A stretch of DNA of 64,000 bases from Marinobacter sp. (GTDB lineage: Bacteria; Pseudomonadota; Gammaproteobacteria; Pseudomonadales; Oleiphilaceae), in the NCBI GenBank assembly GCA_018066865.1, contig JAGPVT010000114.1, forward strand, positions 945 to 64,944. Reading direction: 5' to 3'. The position numbers were made by a program, and so were the translations under genes. Position 1 is the first letter of the stretch; the number at the start of each line of letters is the position of its first letter. Under the pieces are notes generated by a model. The model made no database searches. It was not told the origin of the DNA and saw nothing but the letters and a program-made list of their open reading frames with translations. This document shows positions 41,201 through 51,238 of the stretch, in pieces.

Positions 41201-41509
41201 CGGAAGATCGCGCAGATCAAAGATCCTGCCAATATTGGAAGCTTGCTGAATCTGTTGTCCGGTAAGGCTTTGGAAAGCTCCAAAACTGAGATCGCTGCAT
41301 TGCAACTGCAGGGGCACACCGCTGAAAAAGCAGTGTTCCAGATGCAGTTTGGTGCCACAACATTGGGTGAGCTGGTCAAGAATAGAGATATCTTTGCCGG
41401 TGTAAAAACCCGTATCAAGTTTGACAAAGGTGGCATCGCTCGCCTGGATATCGGAGAAGTAGACCCCAACTGCAAATTCATGTCCTACGTCGACCAGCTA
41501 AAGAGCTAA
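38261..41509 (+). CDS. DUF499 family AAA+ ATPase
   Basis: CKPRPEIL, TAFGGGKTHTLIAL (Walker A), LIVDEI (Walker B), YPFHP, FQGTRGLLR. Confidence 0.9.
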   Translation: MKDVLATCKPRPEILAGTFNPAIFTARLSQVLDDYRDGKAVEGADSLYSDPMAFFRDATHPTQGLCSIVDNAMARLVEGDKSRPAMQRLDTAFGGGKTHTLIALTHVAKQGARLESVTQSILPANRLPEPGAIRVVGIIGDTVDTLRETTGGTEPKPNTLWWLIAQQTLEADEQQPISSRLDSAASPGSPEFFDTLFGGKKTVLIVDEIAQYLSRMEAAFPGQGAEQAAAFLMALSTYAEGNDNLVIVISLASATNAFGDFNKMMNNLMSTHNMTEQQAEATTEAAHKVVMDVVSRASESTTPVQEGDLSRIMAKRLFVTVDHGAAAEVADAFIETYRQAGSDLPAETKNAELRDQLVTHYPFHPTLIEFLSQKLALVERFQGTRGLLRTLARVVRRVWEAKLSIPLIQSGHIDLADGTIRGELLGQTNNTDFTAVLDSDISKASGTQSAGQTVANMLDTINPHPEGYPVHEWAWRVVFLHSLVGRGGGLNDDKFGIDITSAIYEMASPSIKPATVRSALETIEREANYLRARENRLYADTVPTLNNILRRIEANVLPEEAMERAEQVVRGLIKSSLFDIRANISASDEIPDKVNKPQLGIVAFNVENLKPSEFIERRSDAPRQYQNLVFLLVPSTVHLDGQHWNEQRTRQEHRTRQNILALAGKAIAIERLKADPDNWGVRHDQLNKDEFKQRAAKSPQELRTAIDEAYRYLVYPGRDGGIIVTRDLGKRGSGPTAGGSSGLHLEDAILKQLADEGELITEERATTQEVCLLLGKLIFENHKQTDVARIVEGFATRRHWPILQRPGLLTDVLREGANRGIWCVGHLPDKNAPKPDSLYHKDNPVPITEELDGEGWIVCTKEHAKQLGWLESIVRNPDTIAKWAEQAIETAVELDTDKLQEVVQNEHDKIDPNILKDQLTNLLAQKKVVAYPKTSFKDGKPDPEQAQTGSNIPLEGVKGAVVVPYHVAQERGWIKVVQAQRKIAQIKDPANIGSLLNLLSGKALESSKTEIAALQLQGHTAEKAVFQMQFGATTLGELVKNRDIFAGVKTRIKFDKGGIARLDIGEVDPNCKFMSYVDQLKS

Positions 41510-41516
41510 CACGCAT

Positions 41517-42152
41517 ATGGCAGCTGAATCAGGCCAAACGAATTACGCCAGGCAAAAGCCGGGCAAAGCTCACATTGACGAAGCCAACCTGCAAAGGTTG
41601 GCTAAGAAATCACCCTATACTTTGCGCCTTACGCGCCAGAAAAAACTGACGCCACCTGTAATGGTAATTAAAGAGCGCATCGCCCCTGAAGATCGAGACG
41701 ACATTGAGGGCCTGACCAACCCACGCGCCAAGCATGTGGAGCGCGGAGTGCTGCATGGTGAATCTGTTAGAGCCTGCTTGCCAGTGCTCAAACGGATTCT
41801 GGAGGAGGTCAAAGACGACCAGGGGATTTCTCTAAACCTTGAAAAATTGATGACGCCTGAGGGCATCAAGAGAAGCGATCTCAACTTGCCGCTGGATGAA
41901 GCTGCAGGTGCGAGACTAGCATTGTTCTTCCGACTGCAGACCAAGGTCAAAGACACCGACCGGATCGAATTAATTGGTCGCAGGGTGGCCATGTTCTCCC
42001 GTGAGGAAGCCGTGTACTGGCTAGCTAACGTGACAACCTCGGATCCAGCATTACGAAGCTGGGCGATCAGTGGCTTACGGATGATGCTTTGTGGCGAGTC
42101 CGGGGACAAGCGCACAACCCGTATTCTGGAAAGGCTCAGAGCTCGGGGCTAA
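41517..42152 (+). CDS. Small accessory protein of the DUF499-DUF1156 system (sits in the DUF3780 position)
   Basis: 211 aa; LDEAAGARLALFF...REEAVYW...GLRMML; lies between the ATPase and methylase. Confidence 0.7.
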   Translation: MAAESGQTNYARQKPGKAHIDEANLQRLAKKSPYTLRLTRQKKLTPPVMVIKERIAPEDRDDIEGLTNPRAKHVERGVLHGESVRACLPVLKRILEEVKDDQGISLNLEKLMTPEGIKRSDLNLPLDEAAGARLALFFRLQTKVKDTDRIELIGRRVAMFSREEAVYWLANVTTSDPALRSWAISGLRMMLCGESGDKRTTRILERLRARG

Positions 42153-42225
42153 CTCTTCCGTCTGTAAAACACCACACGAATTAATTTCCGGCAGATTCTG
42201 TCGGTGCGAACATCAAGGAGTAATC

Positions 42226-45200
42226 ATGCCATTGTCTGACCAGCGCCTGATTGAAGCAGGTTTTCCGTGCCATCAGGTTGGGGCAGAGACTCAGCGGGAG
42301 AGGGGCGCAAGCTCTGCGCTGCCTCCGTTGTATTACCTGCATGTTTGGTGGGCGAGGCGGCCTCTGACGCCCAGCCGTGCGGCGATATTGGCGTCACTAT
42401 TGCCGGCAGGAACAGACAATGATGAATTTATTAAAAATTTGGGCATTGTTCGGCATCAGGTTGTTGTTGCGGATGATCGCTGGACACTAGTTGACTCCAA
42501 ATTGTTAAACCGCCTAGAGCCCTCAGGCGAGGAATTTTTGCTAGAAGTGGACAAAACAGTCCTTGCTTCTTTCGAAAAGGAGCAGGCTCGACGTTCCAAA
42601 AACCGTGAGCTGATTTCTAAGCTAGAGGCTGCAGGCCAGGAACTCTCGATTGATCCAGTGGTGCAGCTTTGGAAGTCTGAATCCAAGCCGCTTCAAGACA
42701 TCCATGTGGGTGAGGTTTATAGGGTTGTGCTGGCAACGTCTGATCCTGCTGGCGTCAAAGACAAAATTGAATTTGCAAAGCGGAGCGATGTGACAGAGGT
42801 TTTGGGAGGCTCCCTAAGATGGGATGATGAAGATTCATACGGTTATTCTCGGGCTTTTGCAACGCCGATAGCGCCTGTCAGCGAACGCGATCGCAAGGTC
42901 GTTCTAGATCCGACCTCCGGTGGTGGGTCGATTCCTTTTGAAGCGCTTCGACTCGGACACAAAGTTATAGCCAATGAACTCAATCCTGTCGCTAGCGTGA
43001 TTCTGGCTGCAACCTTGGATTATCCAGTCAGGTTTGGAAAATCGCTGCTCGACGATATTAAGTCATGGGGCGAAAGGCTTCGAGAAACCGTGGAAGAGCA
43101 GATGCTCCCTTTCACACCCTTTAGCCCTATTCCAATGGAAGAGCATAGCAAGCTAGTAAAGGTGCTGGAGAAACACCCGGAACTCGTGGACGACTACGCG
43201 ACAGAGCACGATCAAATGGGGTTGCTCTACTGTCGTCAGGTCACCTGTCCACATTGCGAGGGTGATGCTCCCCTATTAAATTCTCAATGGTTAGCCAAAT
43301 CCGGGGAAAAATGGGGTGTTGCTGTAAAGCCCCGACCAGATAGAACCGTGCGTTTTGAACCTTTCCGTGTTGGCTCAGATAACAAGGGTCCAAATGGCGA
43401 GAGCCTGGATGCAGGCACGGTAACCCGGGCTGTAGGCCAGTGTGTTCACTGCCAGCAAGCCATTGCTGGCGATGAGATCAAACGTCAGGCCCGAGGTGAA
43501 TCTGAGCTGGGTGCCTGGAAAGACGTGCTGTACTGCGTTGTCGGAATTCGGCTGGAACCGAAAGTAGATAAAAACGGCAACGTTCAGCGAACTAAATCCG
43601 GACCGAATGCGGGACAAATTAAGACAACCAAAATCCGCTATTTCCGCGCGCCTAATGAGATAGATCGCCAAGCTATTCAGTCGGCGGCAGAGGAAATGGA
43701 TAAGCGATTATTCGATTTCGAAGTCAAAGGTCTCGTGCCTAACGATCCATTCCCGAAAGGCAACGATATGCGCCCGGTGAATTATGGGATGCCCACCTGG
43801 GCAGACATGTTTACACCACGCCAGTTGCTAGGCCATCTAACGGTTATGGAAGCTATACACGACCTCAAGCCACTCATCATAGAGGAGCTAGGATACGAGC
43901 GTGGCCGAGCAATTATTACGTACCTGCAATTCATGCTTGATAAGATCACTGATTATAACAGTCGCCAGACCCGTTGGGAGTATACCCGCGGTGTGATAAA
44001 AGGAGGATTCGGACGGCATGATTTCTCTCTTAAGTGGACTTTTGGAGAAATGGTTTATGCTGGACCATCATCTGGTTTTAGGTGGGGCATATCTCAGATA
44101 GTTGATGCTTATGCTTCGATTAGCGAGTTAGTTCAAAAGAGACATGCTATTGGTTTAAAAGAAGCTGACCTCGTCACACTACAGGGCTCTGCTACCTCAA
44201 TGCCAAGTATAGCTGACCACTCTGTTGATGCAGTGGTAATGGATCCACCGTATTACAACAACGTTCAATATAGTGAGCTTTCAGATTTTTATTACGTCTG
44301 GCAAAAGCGGACGTTGGGTGACCTATATCCAGATTGGTTTGAAAGTGGCATTACAAATAAGGAAGCGGAGGCCGTCGCAAACCCTGCTCGTGATGGTGGT
44401 GAGAAGCCTGCTAAAGCACGATATGAAGAGTTGATGAAGGGAATTTTCTTCGAGTCCAAACGGGTGCTAAAGCCGGACGGCATCATGACTCTGATGTTTA
44501 CCCACAAGTCCCAAAATGCGTGGGAAACCCTTACCAATGCATTGATTCAATCCGGATGGGATATCACAGCCTGTATGCCTGTTGAATCTGAAAGCGGATA
44601 TTCGACCCATCAGATGAATATGGCATCCGCAGCTTCAACGATTTTCATCGCTTGTCGCCCGGCAAACCGTGAAGGTCGTATGCCTTCAAGCTGGGCCTAT
44701 GAGGTTAAAGGCAAACTGGAAACCGCCGTCCGTGAAGGACTAGTTGAATTCGAGCAACTTAAGCTAAATGCTGTCGATAGGATGATCGCATCTTGGGGCA
44801 GGGCTTTGCGAGTTTACTCCGAACATTGGCCAGTCCAGGACGGTGACGAGGAAGTCCCACCTACACGCGCGATGCAGGAAGCTGCCCGCGTTGTGGCGGA
44901 GGAAGAAGTCAGCCGCCTGTCTGGCGGTATGGTTACCGTTGACGACCTAGATGCTGAAACCCGACTGGCCGTGATTGCATTGGGAATTAACGGACTCGGT
45001 GACTTCGCCTACGATGATGCTCTACAAATGAGCCGGTCCCTAAACTTCCGGCTGCAACTGCGTAACGGTAATTATCGCGTGACTGACGAGGCTGTGGCTT
45101 ATGCTAACGAGGGCGGGGATCAACTCGCAGCCCCGCTGGCTATCAAGGGCAATAAGTTACGCCTCTTGAAGCCGGAAGAAAGAAGCGAAGTTCGTCTGGA

Positions 45201-45402
45201 AAACCCACAAACCCTGTGGGATGTGCTCAATGGCGTGATCGTTACCTATCGTGAGGGCGGCATCGTTGCAGCCAGGAACTTCCTGGCTGAACACGGTAGA
45301 ACCGAAAGCCCGGCTCTGCGAGGTCTGCTCAAAGTCTGGGCCAAAGAGTGTCGTGACGATGCCTTGCGTCGTGAGGCCCAATTGATCGATTACGAACTAT
45401 AA
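42226..45402 (+). CDS. DUF1156-containing amino-DNA methyltransferase
   Basis: LHVWWARRPL, motif I LDPTSGGGSIPFEA, Zn finger CPHC/CVHC, motif IV MDPPYY; AAGGAG RBS before ATG 42226. Confidence 0.93.
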   Translation: MPLSDQRLIEAGFPCHQVGAETQRERGASSALPPLYYLHVWWARRPLTPSRAAILASLLPAGTDNDEFIKNLGIVRHQVVVADDRWTLVDSKLLNRLEPSGEEFLLEVDKTVLASFEKEQARRSKNRELISKLEAAGQELSIDPVVQLWKSESKPLQDIHVGEVYRVVLATSDPAGVKDKIEFAKRSDVTEVLGGSLRWDDEDSYGYSRAFATPIAPVSERDRKVVLDPTSGGGSIPFEALRLGHKVIANELNPVASVILAATLDYPVRFGKSLLDDIKSWGERLRETVEEQMLPFTPFSPIPMEEHSKLVKVLEKHPELVDDYATEHDQMGLLYCRQVTCPHCEGDAPLLNSQWLAKSGEKWGVAVKPRPDRTVRFEPFRVGSDNKGPNGESLDAGTVTRAVGQCVHCQQAIAGDEIKRQARGESELGAWKDVLYCVVGIRLEPKVDKNGNVQRTKSGPNAGQIKTTKIRYFRAPNEIDRQAIQSAAEEMDKRLFDFEVKGLVPNDPFPKGNDMRPVNYGMPTWADMFTPRQLLGHLTVMEAIHDLKPLIIEELGYERGRAIITYLQFMLDKITDYNSRQTRWEYTRGVIKGGFGRHDFSLKWTFGEMVYAGPSSGFRWGISQIVDAYASISELVQKRHAIGLKEADLVTLQGSATSMPSIADHSVDAVVMDPPYYNNVQYSELSDFYYVWQKRTLGDLYPDWFESGITNKEAEAVANPARDGGEKPAKARYEELMKGIFFESKRVLKPDGIMTLMFTHKSQNAWETLTNALIQSGWDITACMPVESESGYSTHQMNMASAASTIFIACRPANREGRMPSSWAYEVKGKLETAVREGLVEFEQLKLNAVDRMIASWGRALRVYSEHWPVQDGDEEVPPTRAMQEAARVVAEEEVSRLSGGMVTVDDLDAETRLAVIALGINGLGDFAYDDALQMSRSLNFRLQLRNGNYRVTDEAVAYANEGGDQLAAPLAIKGNKLRLLKPEERSEVRLENPQTLWDVLNGVIVTYREGGIVAARNFLAEHGRTESPALRGLLKVWAKECRDDALRREAQLIDYEL

Positions 45403-45420
45403 CAAAAACAGGGATATGAG

Positions 45421-47133
45421 ATGAGCTCAATCAAAGGCTCCGAGCTGAAGTTGCATAAAGTTTTTTCGAGCGATTTTCAATTCGAGATTCCAGACTACCA
45501 GCGCCCCTATTCCTGGCAGGTTGAACACGCCGAAGAGCTGTTTGATGATTTGTGGACATTCAGGGAACAAGAAGATAAAAGCGAGGAATATTTTCTTGGG
45601 AGCATTGTACTGATCAAGGATGACTCTTCCAGTCAGGCGGATGTTGTAGATGGACAGCAGCGACTTACCACATTAACTATTCTGCTGGCGGCCATAAGAG
45701 ACAGGCTTTTGGGGCATCCCAAATGGGGTGGTGCTTTTGATAAGTACATAATGGAGCCGGGTGATGTCACTCTGGACCTTTCCCCGAAACCGCGTCTGTT
45801 TTTAAGAAAGAAAGATCGAGAATTTTTCGAGCAGTATATCCAGAGCCTTGGCGGTCTTGATGAGTTAGATAGGCTTGACGTTAGCCGTTACAAAGACTCG
45901 AAGCTGAACCTCATTAACAATGCAAAAGCCTTCCAAAAACGCTTGGCTGACATTGAGCAGGATTTGGTCGGTCATTTCGGTCAGTTTATTGTTCAGAAAT
46001 GCCTCCTGGTTCTGGTAACGACCGAAAATTTTAAATCCGCCTACCGCATTTTTTCGGTAATGAATGACCGAGGCATGGATCTGGCGCCCTCGGATATCCT
46101 TAAAGCTGACATTATTAGCAGCATTGGAGAGCACGAACGCGAGCGTTACACCGAGCTCTGGGAGGACGTAGAGGATCGGCTAGGCCGCGAGAACTTCAAT
46201 GATTTGTTTGCACACATTCGGATGATTTTCCGAAAGGAAAAGTACCGCCGTTCGGTGCTGGACGAATTCACGGATTATGTGGCAAGGCCATACGGCAATA
46301 GCAAAAAGTTGATGGACGACGTCCTTCTGCCCTATGCCGGCACGCTTGAAGTCGTGCTCGACAACAGTTTCAAAAGCGAAGCGAATGCAGCGGAAATTAA
46401 TCGCCTGATTGAGTGGCTTCACTATCTGAATAACAAGGATTGGGTGCCAGTTGCGATGGAGTTTATTCGAAAATTCGATCGGGATACTGAGGCACTTAAA
46501 GCGCATTTACGGATGTTGGAGCGCTTAGGTGCAAGTCTGTTTATCAGGGGCATTTATGCCACCCCCCGTATTGACCGATTCGGCCAGGTATTGCGAGAGC
46601 TTGAGCAGGGTAAGGATCTTTTGCAGGCCGATTCGGCTCTTAATCTCGATACGAGGGAGCAGAAAGACACCCTGTATTGGCTGAACGCAAGCGTTTATCG
46701 TTATTCCAACCGCCTTCGTTCTTACATCATGATGCGTATTGATTCCTTTATGTCTGACCAGCATATGAGCTATCGCGATCGGACAAAAACAATTGAACAT
46801 GTTTTGCCACAGAATCCCGCATCTGACTCAGAGTGGCGTTCCAACTGGACCGACGAGGAGCGTGAGCATTGGGTTGATCGCGTCGGTAATTTGTTGCTGC
46901 TAAGTCGGACCAAGAACTCAGAAGCGTCCAATTATGATTTCACTAAGAAGAAGGATCGATACTTCAAAAGCAAATCGGGCGTCTCAAATTTTGCGACCTC
47001 AACTGATGTATTAAACTACGACGCTTGGACTCCAGCTGAATTGGAAGAACGTCAGAAAAAATTGATGCGGATTCTGAGTGATAAATGGTCCCTGGATGCA
47101 GGAATGAGTTGGGAAGAGCTGGAAAAAGTCTGA
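45421..47133 (+). CDS. GmrSD-family (DUF262 + DUF1524 HNH) type IV restriction endonuclease
   Basis: IPDYQRPYSW, VVDGQQRLTT, FSVMNDRG, TIEHVLPQ, GNLLLL..KNS. Confidence 0.92.
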   Translation: MSSIKGSELKLHKVFSSDFQFEIPDYQRPYSWQVEHAEELFDDLWTFREQEDKSEEYFLGSIVLIKDDSSSQADVVDGQQRLTTLTILLAAIRDRLLGHPKWGGAFDKYIMEPGDVTLDLSPKPRLFLRKKDREFFEQYIQSLGGLDELDRLDVSRYKDSKLNLINNAKAFQKRLADIEQDLVGHFGQFIVQKCLLVLVTTENFKSAYRIFSVMNDRGMDLAPSDILKADIISSIGEHERERYTELWEDVEDRLGRENFNDLFAHIRMIFRKEKYRRSVLDEFTDYVARPYGNSKKLMDDVLLPYAGTLEVVLDNSFKSEANAAEINRLIEWLHYLNNKDWVPVAMEFIRKFDRDTEALKAHLRMLERLGASLFIRGIYATPRIDRFGQVLRELEQGKDLLQADSALNLDTREQKDTLYWLNASVYRYSNRLRSYIMMRIDSFMSDQHMSYRDRTKTIEHVLPQNPASDSEWRSNWTDEEREHWVDRVGNLLLLSRTKNSEASNYDFTKKKDRYFKSKSGVSNFATSTDVLNYDAWTPAELEERQKKLMRILSDKWSLDAGMSWEELEKV

Positions 47134-47197
47134 TTACTCCGTCTGAACAGTTACCTCATCTTTACCGACCCTTGCGATATAGCCGTATGGAGCTTTT

Positions 47198-50100
47198 ATG
47201 GCGTTAACGGATTACCCCTGGGAGCCCTCCTATGCGTCGTCTGACCTGAATGACGACGGTCGTGAAACCGACATTCTTCAGGACTTTTATATCCCGATCT
47301 TGGAAAGATCTTCAGTCTACGACCGCGTAGCCGGTTATTTTACGTCTACCTCTCTTGCTTCTGCTTCCAAAGGGTTTTCTCGATTTGTTGAGAACGAGGG
47401 CAAAGCTCGCTTCATCGTTGGGATGGACCTCGATCCGGACGATGCAGAAACCATCCTGAGGGTGAAGTCGGGGAAAGTCGAAGATGCTTTGCTAGCGGAG
47501 TTGATAGATTTAGAGAAATGGCCAGACTCGGTTCAGCATGGGATGCAGCTGCTCGCTTGGATGCTGGCCCATGAGCACCTGGATATCAAAGTAGCCCTTC
47601 GCGTGCATCGTAAGACCGGCGAGCCTAAGCCTATGAATTTCGATGGCGATGGTTATATGCATGAGAAGTGGGCCATCTTTGGCGATGGTCAGGATGAAAT
47701 ACTGATTTCTGGTTCATTGAATGAGTCCCGGACGGCTTTAACGATCAATGCAGAAAACATCGACCTTTCAAAAACCTGGGGAGTCGATCCCGACTGGGCA
47801 AGGAAAAAATTTGCCAAGAAACACAAAAGCTTTGAAGCAATGTGGAGCCATAGACACCCCTGGATCCGCACCTACGATTTACCGAGGGCTGTGCGCGAGC
47901 GAATTATCAAGTTTGCCGGAAACATTGACTCCTTTTTTGAAATAGATGGAACCCCTGCGGACCTTCCACCGTTACCCGCCCCTCCTGAAAGTATCAATGA
48001 AACTATTGCCGAACCTTCATTGCTTGAGAAGATTCGGTTCGCATTGATCCGTTTGGCCCCTTTGCTTCCAAACGGTCAGTACGTGGGTATGGAAACCGCG
48101 CCTATTGAGCCTTGGCCTCATCAAAGGTTTGTAGCTATCCGCTTGATTGATACCTATCCAAAAAACCATTTGCTGTGCGATGAGGTTGGACTTGGCAAAA
48201 CTATTGAAGCTGGCTTGGTTTTCCGCGCCCTGTGGCTGAGTGGGTTCGCTAAAAGTATTCGGGTGTTCGCACCGGCCTCACTTACGGGGCAATGGATGCA
48301 TGAAATGGCGGAAAAGTTCTACATGAGCTTCGTCCGGCGAACCAATCGCTCTGGTGCTTGGGAAAGAAAGAACCTTTCGATTGAGCAGCCAATTACAGGC
48401 TCTGGGAAGCTGTTCGATGAACCCTTGGAGGTTATCTCTACAGGGTTGTTAGTGAATCAGACTAAAGGCCGCATCCTTCAACACATGCCGGACACGGATG
48501 TCGTCTTGCTGGATGAGGCCCACAAAGCTAGGCGGCAGAATCCTGATAACCAGGATCGAGATCCAACTTTCAACAAACTGTACAAGGAGGTGCACGGCCC
48601 GCTTTACAAGAAATCGAAATCTTTTCACCTTGCAACAGCCACGCCGATGCAAATAAACCGTGTTGAGGCATTCGATCTCCTGAAGGTGATGCCAACGGCC
48701 GGTAACGTGCAGTTTTCTGAGGATCTGTGCGAACTTTTTTATCGCCTCCGGGACAAGCTGCTTGAGGGAGAAATCCTACAGCCGTATGAGGTTGACTGGC
48801 TGCAACGATACCTTGCAAACGTGAGGGTTAGCGCGCCCGAACAATGGGCTTTTGTGAAAGAGAGTGTGCTGGGGGTCATGGATGGGAATAATCTGGAGAC
48901 ATTCGTCAATACGGGGTTTGAACCTTTCGGAGGCTGGCAACACTATTTAACGGCAATCAGCATGCTAGCCCCACTTGGAAGAAGCATGTTGCGCCATACT
49001 AGGTCGCTCTTACGCGAGTATCAGCGGGAAGGGCTTCTTAAGGAGAATCTGGCCTGGCGCCACGTTGAACCGAGAGTAATAGGGCTGAAGCCAGTTGAGC
49101 GCGCTGTTTACAACAAACTGCAAGATTATTGTGCTGGCCTGGCAGAGCATATTGCTGCCAACATGGAAGAGAACAAACAGCAAGCTGCGATCGGATTTTA
49201 CCTGAGTTTTCTAAGGTTGCGGTTTGCCTCATCGTTTGAAGCACTTAGGCTTTCCCTTGAGCGCCGTCTCGAAAAAATTGCTAAGACGCTTGATCATAAA
49301 ATACTCCATTCAGAATTGGTTTCAGGCTCGAGGGATGAGCTTGAAGAGCTGGATGAGGCCGAATTAGAAGGCTTGGTACTTAAAAACCGAAATGAAGCTG
49401 ATCTTGTATGGGAGCAGGGCGCTGTCGATGAGCTGCTCATTGAGTTAGCGAAGCTGCCCTCTGTGCCTTCGAAGACGCACCAGCTGCTTACCGAGATTCA
49501 GGCGCGAACAAAGCCTGGCGGTGGTCGCGTGCGGCAGTTGGTTGTTTTCACGAGGTACACAGACACACTTCATTACCTACATCGCATGCTGTCGCTCAAG
49601 CTTCCAAATTGCCCTATAGGAACGTTTTCTGGAGAAGGCGGGACATTGCGCAAACCTGGCCAGTCGAAGCCTGAATCGCTTGATAGGAATATGATCAAGC
49701 AGCGCTTCGTGCAAGGCCAGATTGATATTCTGCTTTGTACGGACGCGGCGGCTGAAGGTCTTAACCTGCAAAGTGCGGACCTTCTGATTAACTTTGATTT
49801 ACCTTGGAACCCGATGATGCTTGAACAACGCATTGGGCGGATTGATCGAATAGGACAGCATCACGAGCACATCCACGTTTCGAACTATCTCTATCAGGGG
49901 AGTGTTGAAGAGGTGGTTTATGTTCGGCTAGTACGGCGTTTTCAGGATGCTATGAGTGTTGCAGGCGAGTTGCAGTTTTCCTTGTTACCAATCCATCAAG
50001 AAGATTTTGAAGACCTTGCTAAATCTGATCATGAGCAGGGTAAGATCTCAGAGGCGGAGCTCATTGTGAGAGCAGAGCAGCATGCTCGAAAAATTCAAGA

Positions 50101-50980
50101 GCGGCAGTCGCTTACGCAGTACAAGGCAGCTGAGCAGCGTGAGGCTTACGAGAAAATGTTTGATGCGCACGCGAAGAGAACCTTGCCAGTGACTCTATGT
50201 GATATCTGGGACTCGCTGGTAACCAGCGAATACTTGAACGAGCTTGGCTGCACGATTGAGGCTTTCGCTGAAGGAGAGGCATTCTCGCTCAAGGGTATTC
50301 CAGGGGTGCCAGATGAAACATTGCTTACGACCTCACGAGCATTGATAGAGCGAGGGCTGAACGAGGGCGATATCAGAGACCTTCGATTTGCGACCTATGG
50401 AGATCCGGTTTTCGAAATGCTGCTAGACCATCTCACCACGGGCCTCCAGGAAATCCATGAGGCCTGGGATAACCGCAGGCCAGTGTCATTGGTTGGTAAT
50501 GAGGAAATTGCTTTCAGCACTGTAAGAGAAGCTTTGGATCATACAGAAAAGCTGTCAGGACAAGTGCATATTCGACAGCGACCAACCCAGCGGTTCGTGA
50601 AAGAATCTGATAATGCGGGTCGCCAACAGCTCAGGGAATTGCTGGGAGCAACGGCCAAGCTGGCGGAACTGAAGCTCAAGCCCTCGAACGATTCGCCAGC
50701 GAATCAAATCAGCGAGATTGATCGTTTCCGGGCTGATCTAATTAAGCGGAATTCTCCTGCGGTGAAGTTTGATTTCTCGCTCGAAAACCAGAACGCCCTA
50801 TTGGCATCAGAGGAAAATCTGTTGTGGCCTCTTTCGCAAGCCGGCGGAAAATTGGGACTTAGGGGCGATCCCTTGTTTATCGATGCGGCTAGATCCGTAC
50901 TCTACAGGGCTTTGAGCAGCATGAAAAAAGGCGAAAGAACCCGGGATCGAGTAGTTCAGCGGCTGAGGGACCAGGTTTGA
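47198..50980 (+). CDS. PLD-nuclease / SNF2-family helicase fusion
   Basis: HEK....D...GSLNES (PLD-like), DEVGLGKT, DEAH, ATATP, AEGLNLQ, WNPMMLEQRIGRIDRIGQ. Confidence 0.92.
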   Translation: MALTDYPWEPSYASSDLNDDGRETDILQDFYIPILERSSVYDRVAGYFTSTSLASASKGFSRFVENEGKARFIVGMDLDPDDAETILRVKSGKVEDALLAELIDLEKWPDSVQHGMQLLAWMLAHEHLDIKVALRVHRKTGEPKPMNFDGDGYMHEKWAIFGDGQDEILISGSLNESRTALTINAENIDLSKTWGVDPDWARKKFAKKHKSFEAMWSHRHPWIRTYDLPRAVRERIIKFAGNIDSFFEIDGTPADLPPLPAPPESINETIAEPSLLEKIRFALIRLAPLLPNGQYVGMETAPIEPWPHQRFVAIRLIDTYPKNHLLCDEVGLGKTIEAGLVFRALWLSGFAKSIRVFAPASLTGQWMHEMAEKFYMSFVRRTNRSGAWERKNLSIEQPITGSGKLFDEPLEVISTGLLVNQTKGRILQHMPDTDVVLLDEAHKARRQNPDNQDRDPTFNKLYKEVHGPLYKKSKSFHLATATPMQINRVEAFDLLKVMPTAGNVQFSEDLCELFYRLRDKLLEGEILQPYEVDWLQRYLANVRVSAPEQWAFVKESVLGVMDGNNLETFVNTGFEPFGGWQHYLTAISMLAPLGRSMLRHTRSLLREYQREGLLKENLAWRHVEPRVIGLKPVERAVYNKLQDYCAGLAEHIAANMEENKQQAAIGFYLSFLRLRFASSFEALRLSLERRLEKIAKTLDHKILHSELVSGSRDELEELDEAELEGLVLKNRNEADLVWEQGAVDELLIELAKLPSVPSKTHQLLTEIQARTKPGGGRVRQLVVFTRYTDTLHYLHRMLSLKLPNCPIGTFSGEGGTLRKPGQSKPESLDRNMIKQRFVQGQIDILLCTDAAAEGLNLQSADLLINFDLPWNPMMLEQRIGRIDRIGQHHEHIHVSNYLYQGSVEEVVYVRLVRRFQDAMSVAGELQFSLLPIHQEDFEDLAKSDHEQGKISEAELIVRAEQHARKIQERQSLTQYKAAEQREAYEKMFDAHAKRTLPVTLCDIWDSLVTSEYLNELGCTIEAFAEGEAFSLKGIPGVPDETLLTTSRALIERGLNEGDIRDLRFATYGDPVFEMLLDHLTTGLQEIHEAWDNRRPVSLVGNEEIAFSTVREALDHTEKLSGQVHIRQRPTQRFVKESDNAGRQQLRELLGATAKLAELKLKPSNDSPANQISEIDRFRADLIKRNSPAVKFDFSLENQNALLASEENLLWPLSQAGGKLGLRGDPLFIDAARSVLYRALSSMKKGERTRDRVVQRLRDQV

Positions 50981-51016
50981 TTCCGCGAAATGGGCGGGCT
51001 TACAGAGGTATTTTAT

Positions 51017-51199
51017 TTGAGTGACTACCAGGACTTTTGTGAAACCTACGGTGGTGCAGCGTCAGACCCTGACTTCTTCGATAACTGGCTAGATTAGTAT
51101 TGTTCTTCTGAACTGACTGATGAATTCGATGGTGTGCATGTAATACCGAAGGATACCCTTGTGAAAATCGACTTAAATGGTTTCCGGACGAGTATATGA
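51017..51199 (+). pseudogene. Short acidic ORF interrupted by an in-frame TAG
   Basis: AGAGG RBS, TTG, MSDYQDFCETYGGAASDPDFFDNWLD, TAG at 51095-51097, then open to TGA 51199. Confidence 0.35.
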
Positions 51200-51238
51200 G
51201 GAGCGGAGTCGCTGATTCAGGTTATAGTAAAATTTAGT

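Noticed and set aside
40364-41317. 317-aa minus-strand ORF and similar long antisense ORFs (e.g. 17109-17990, 19071-19871)
   Set aside because: Fully nested opposite well-supported genes and lacking motifs
38261-50980. Canonical BREX, DISARM or type I/III R-M
   Set aside because: No PglZ, DrmA/DrmB or HsdS recognised; gene content fits the DUF499-DUF1156 type
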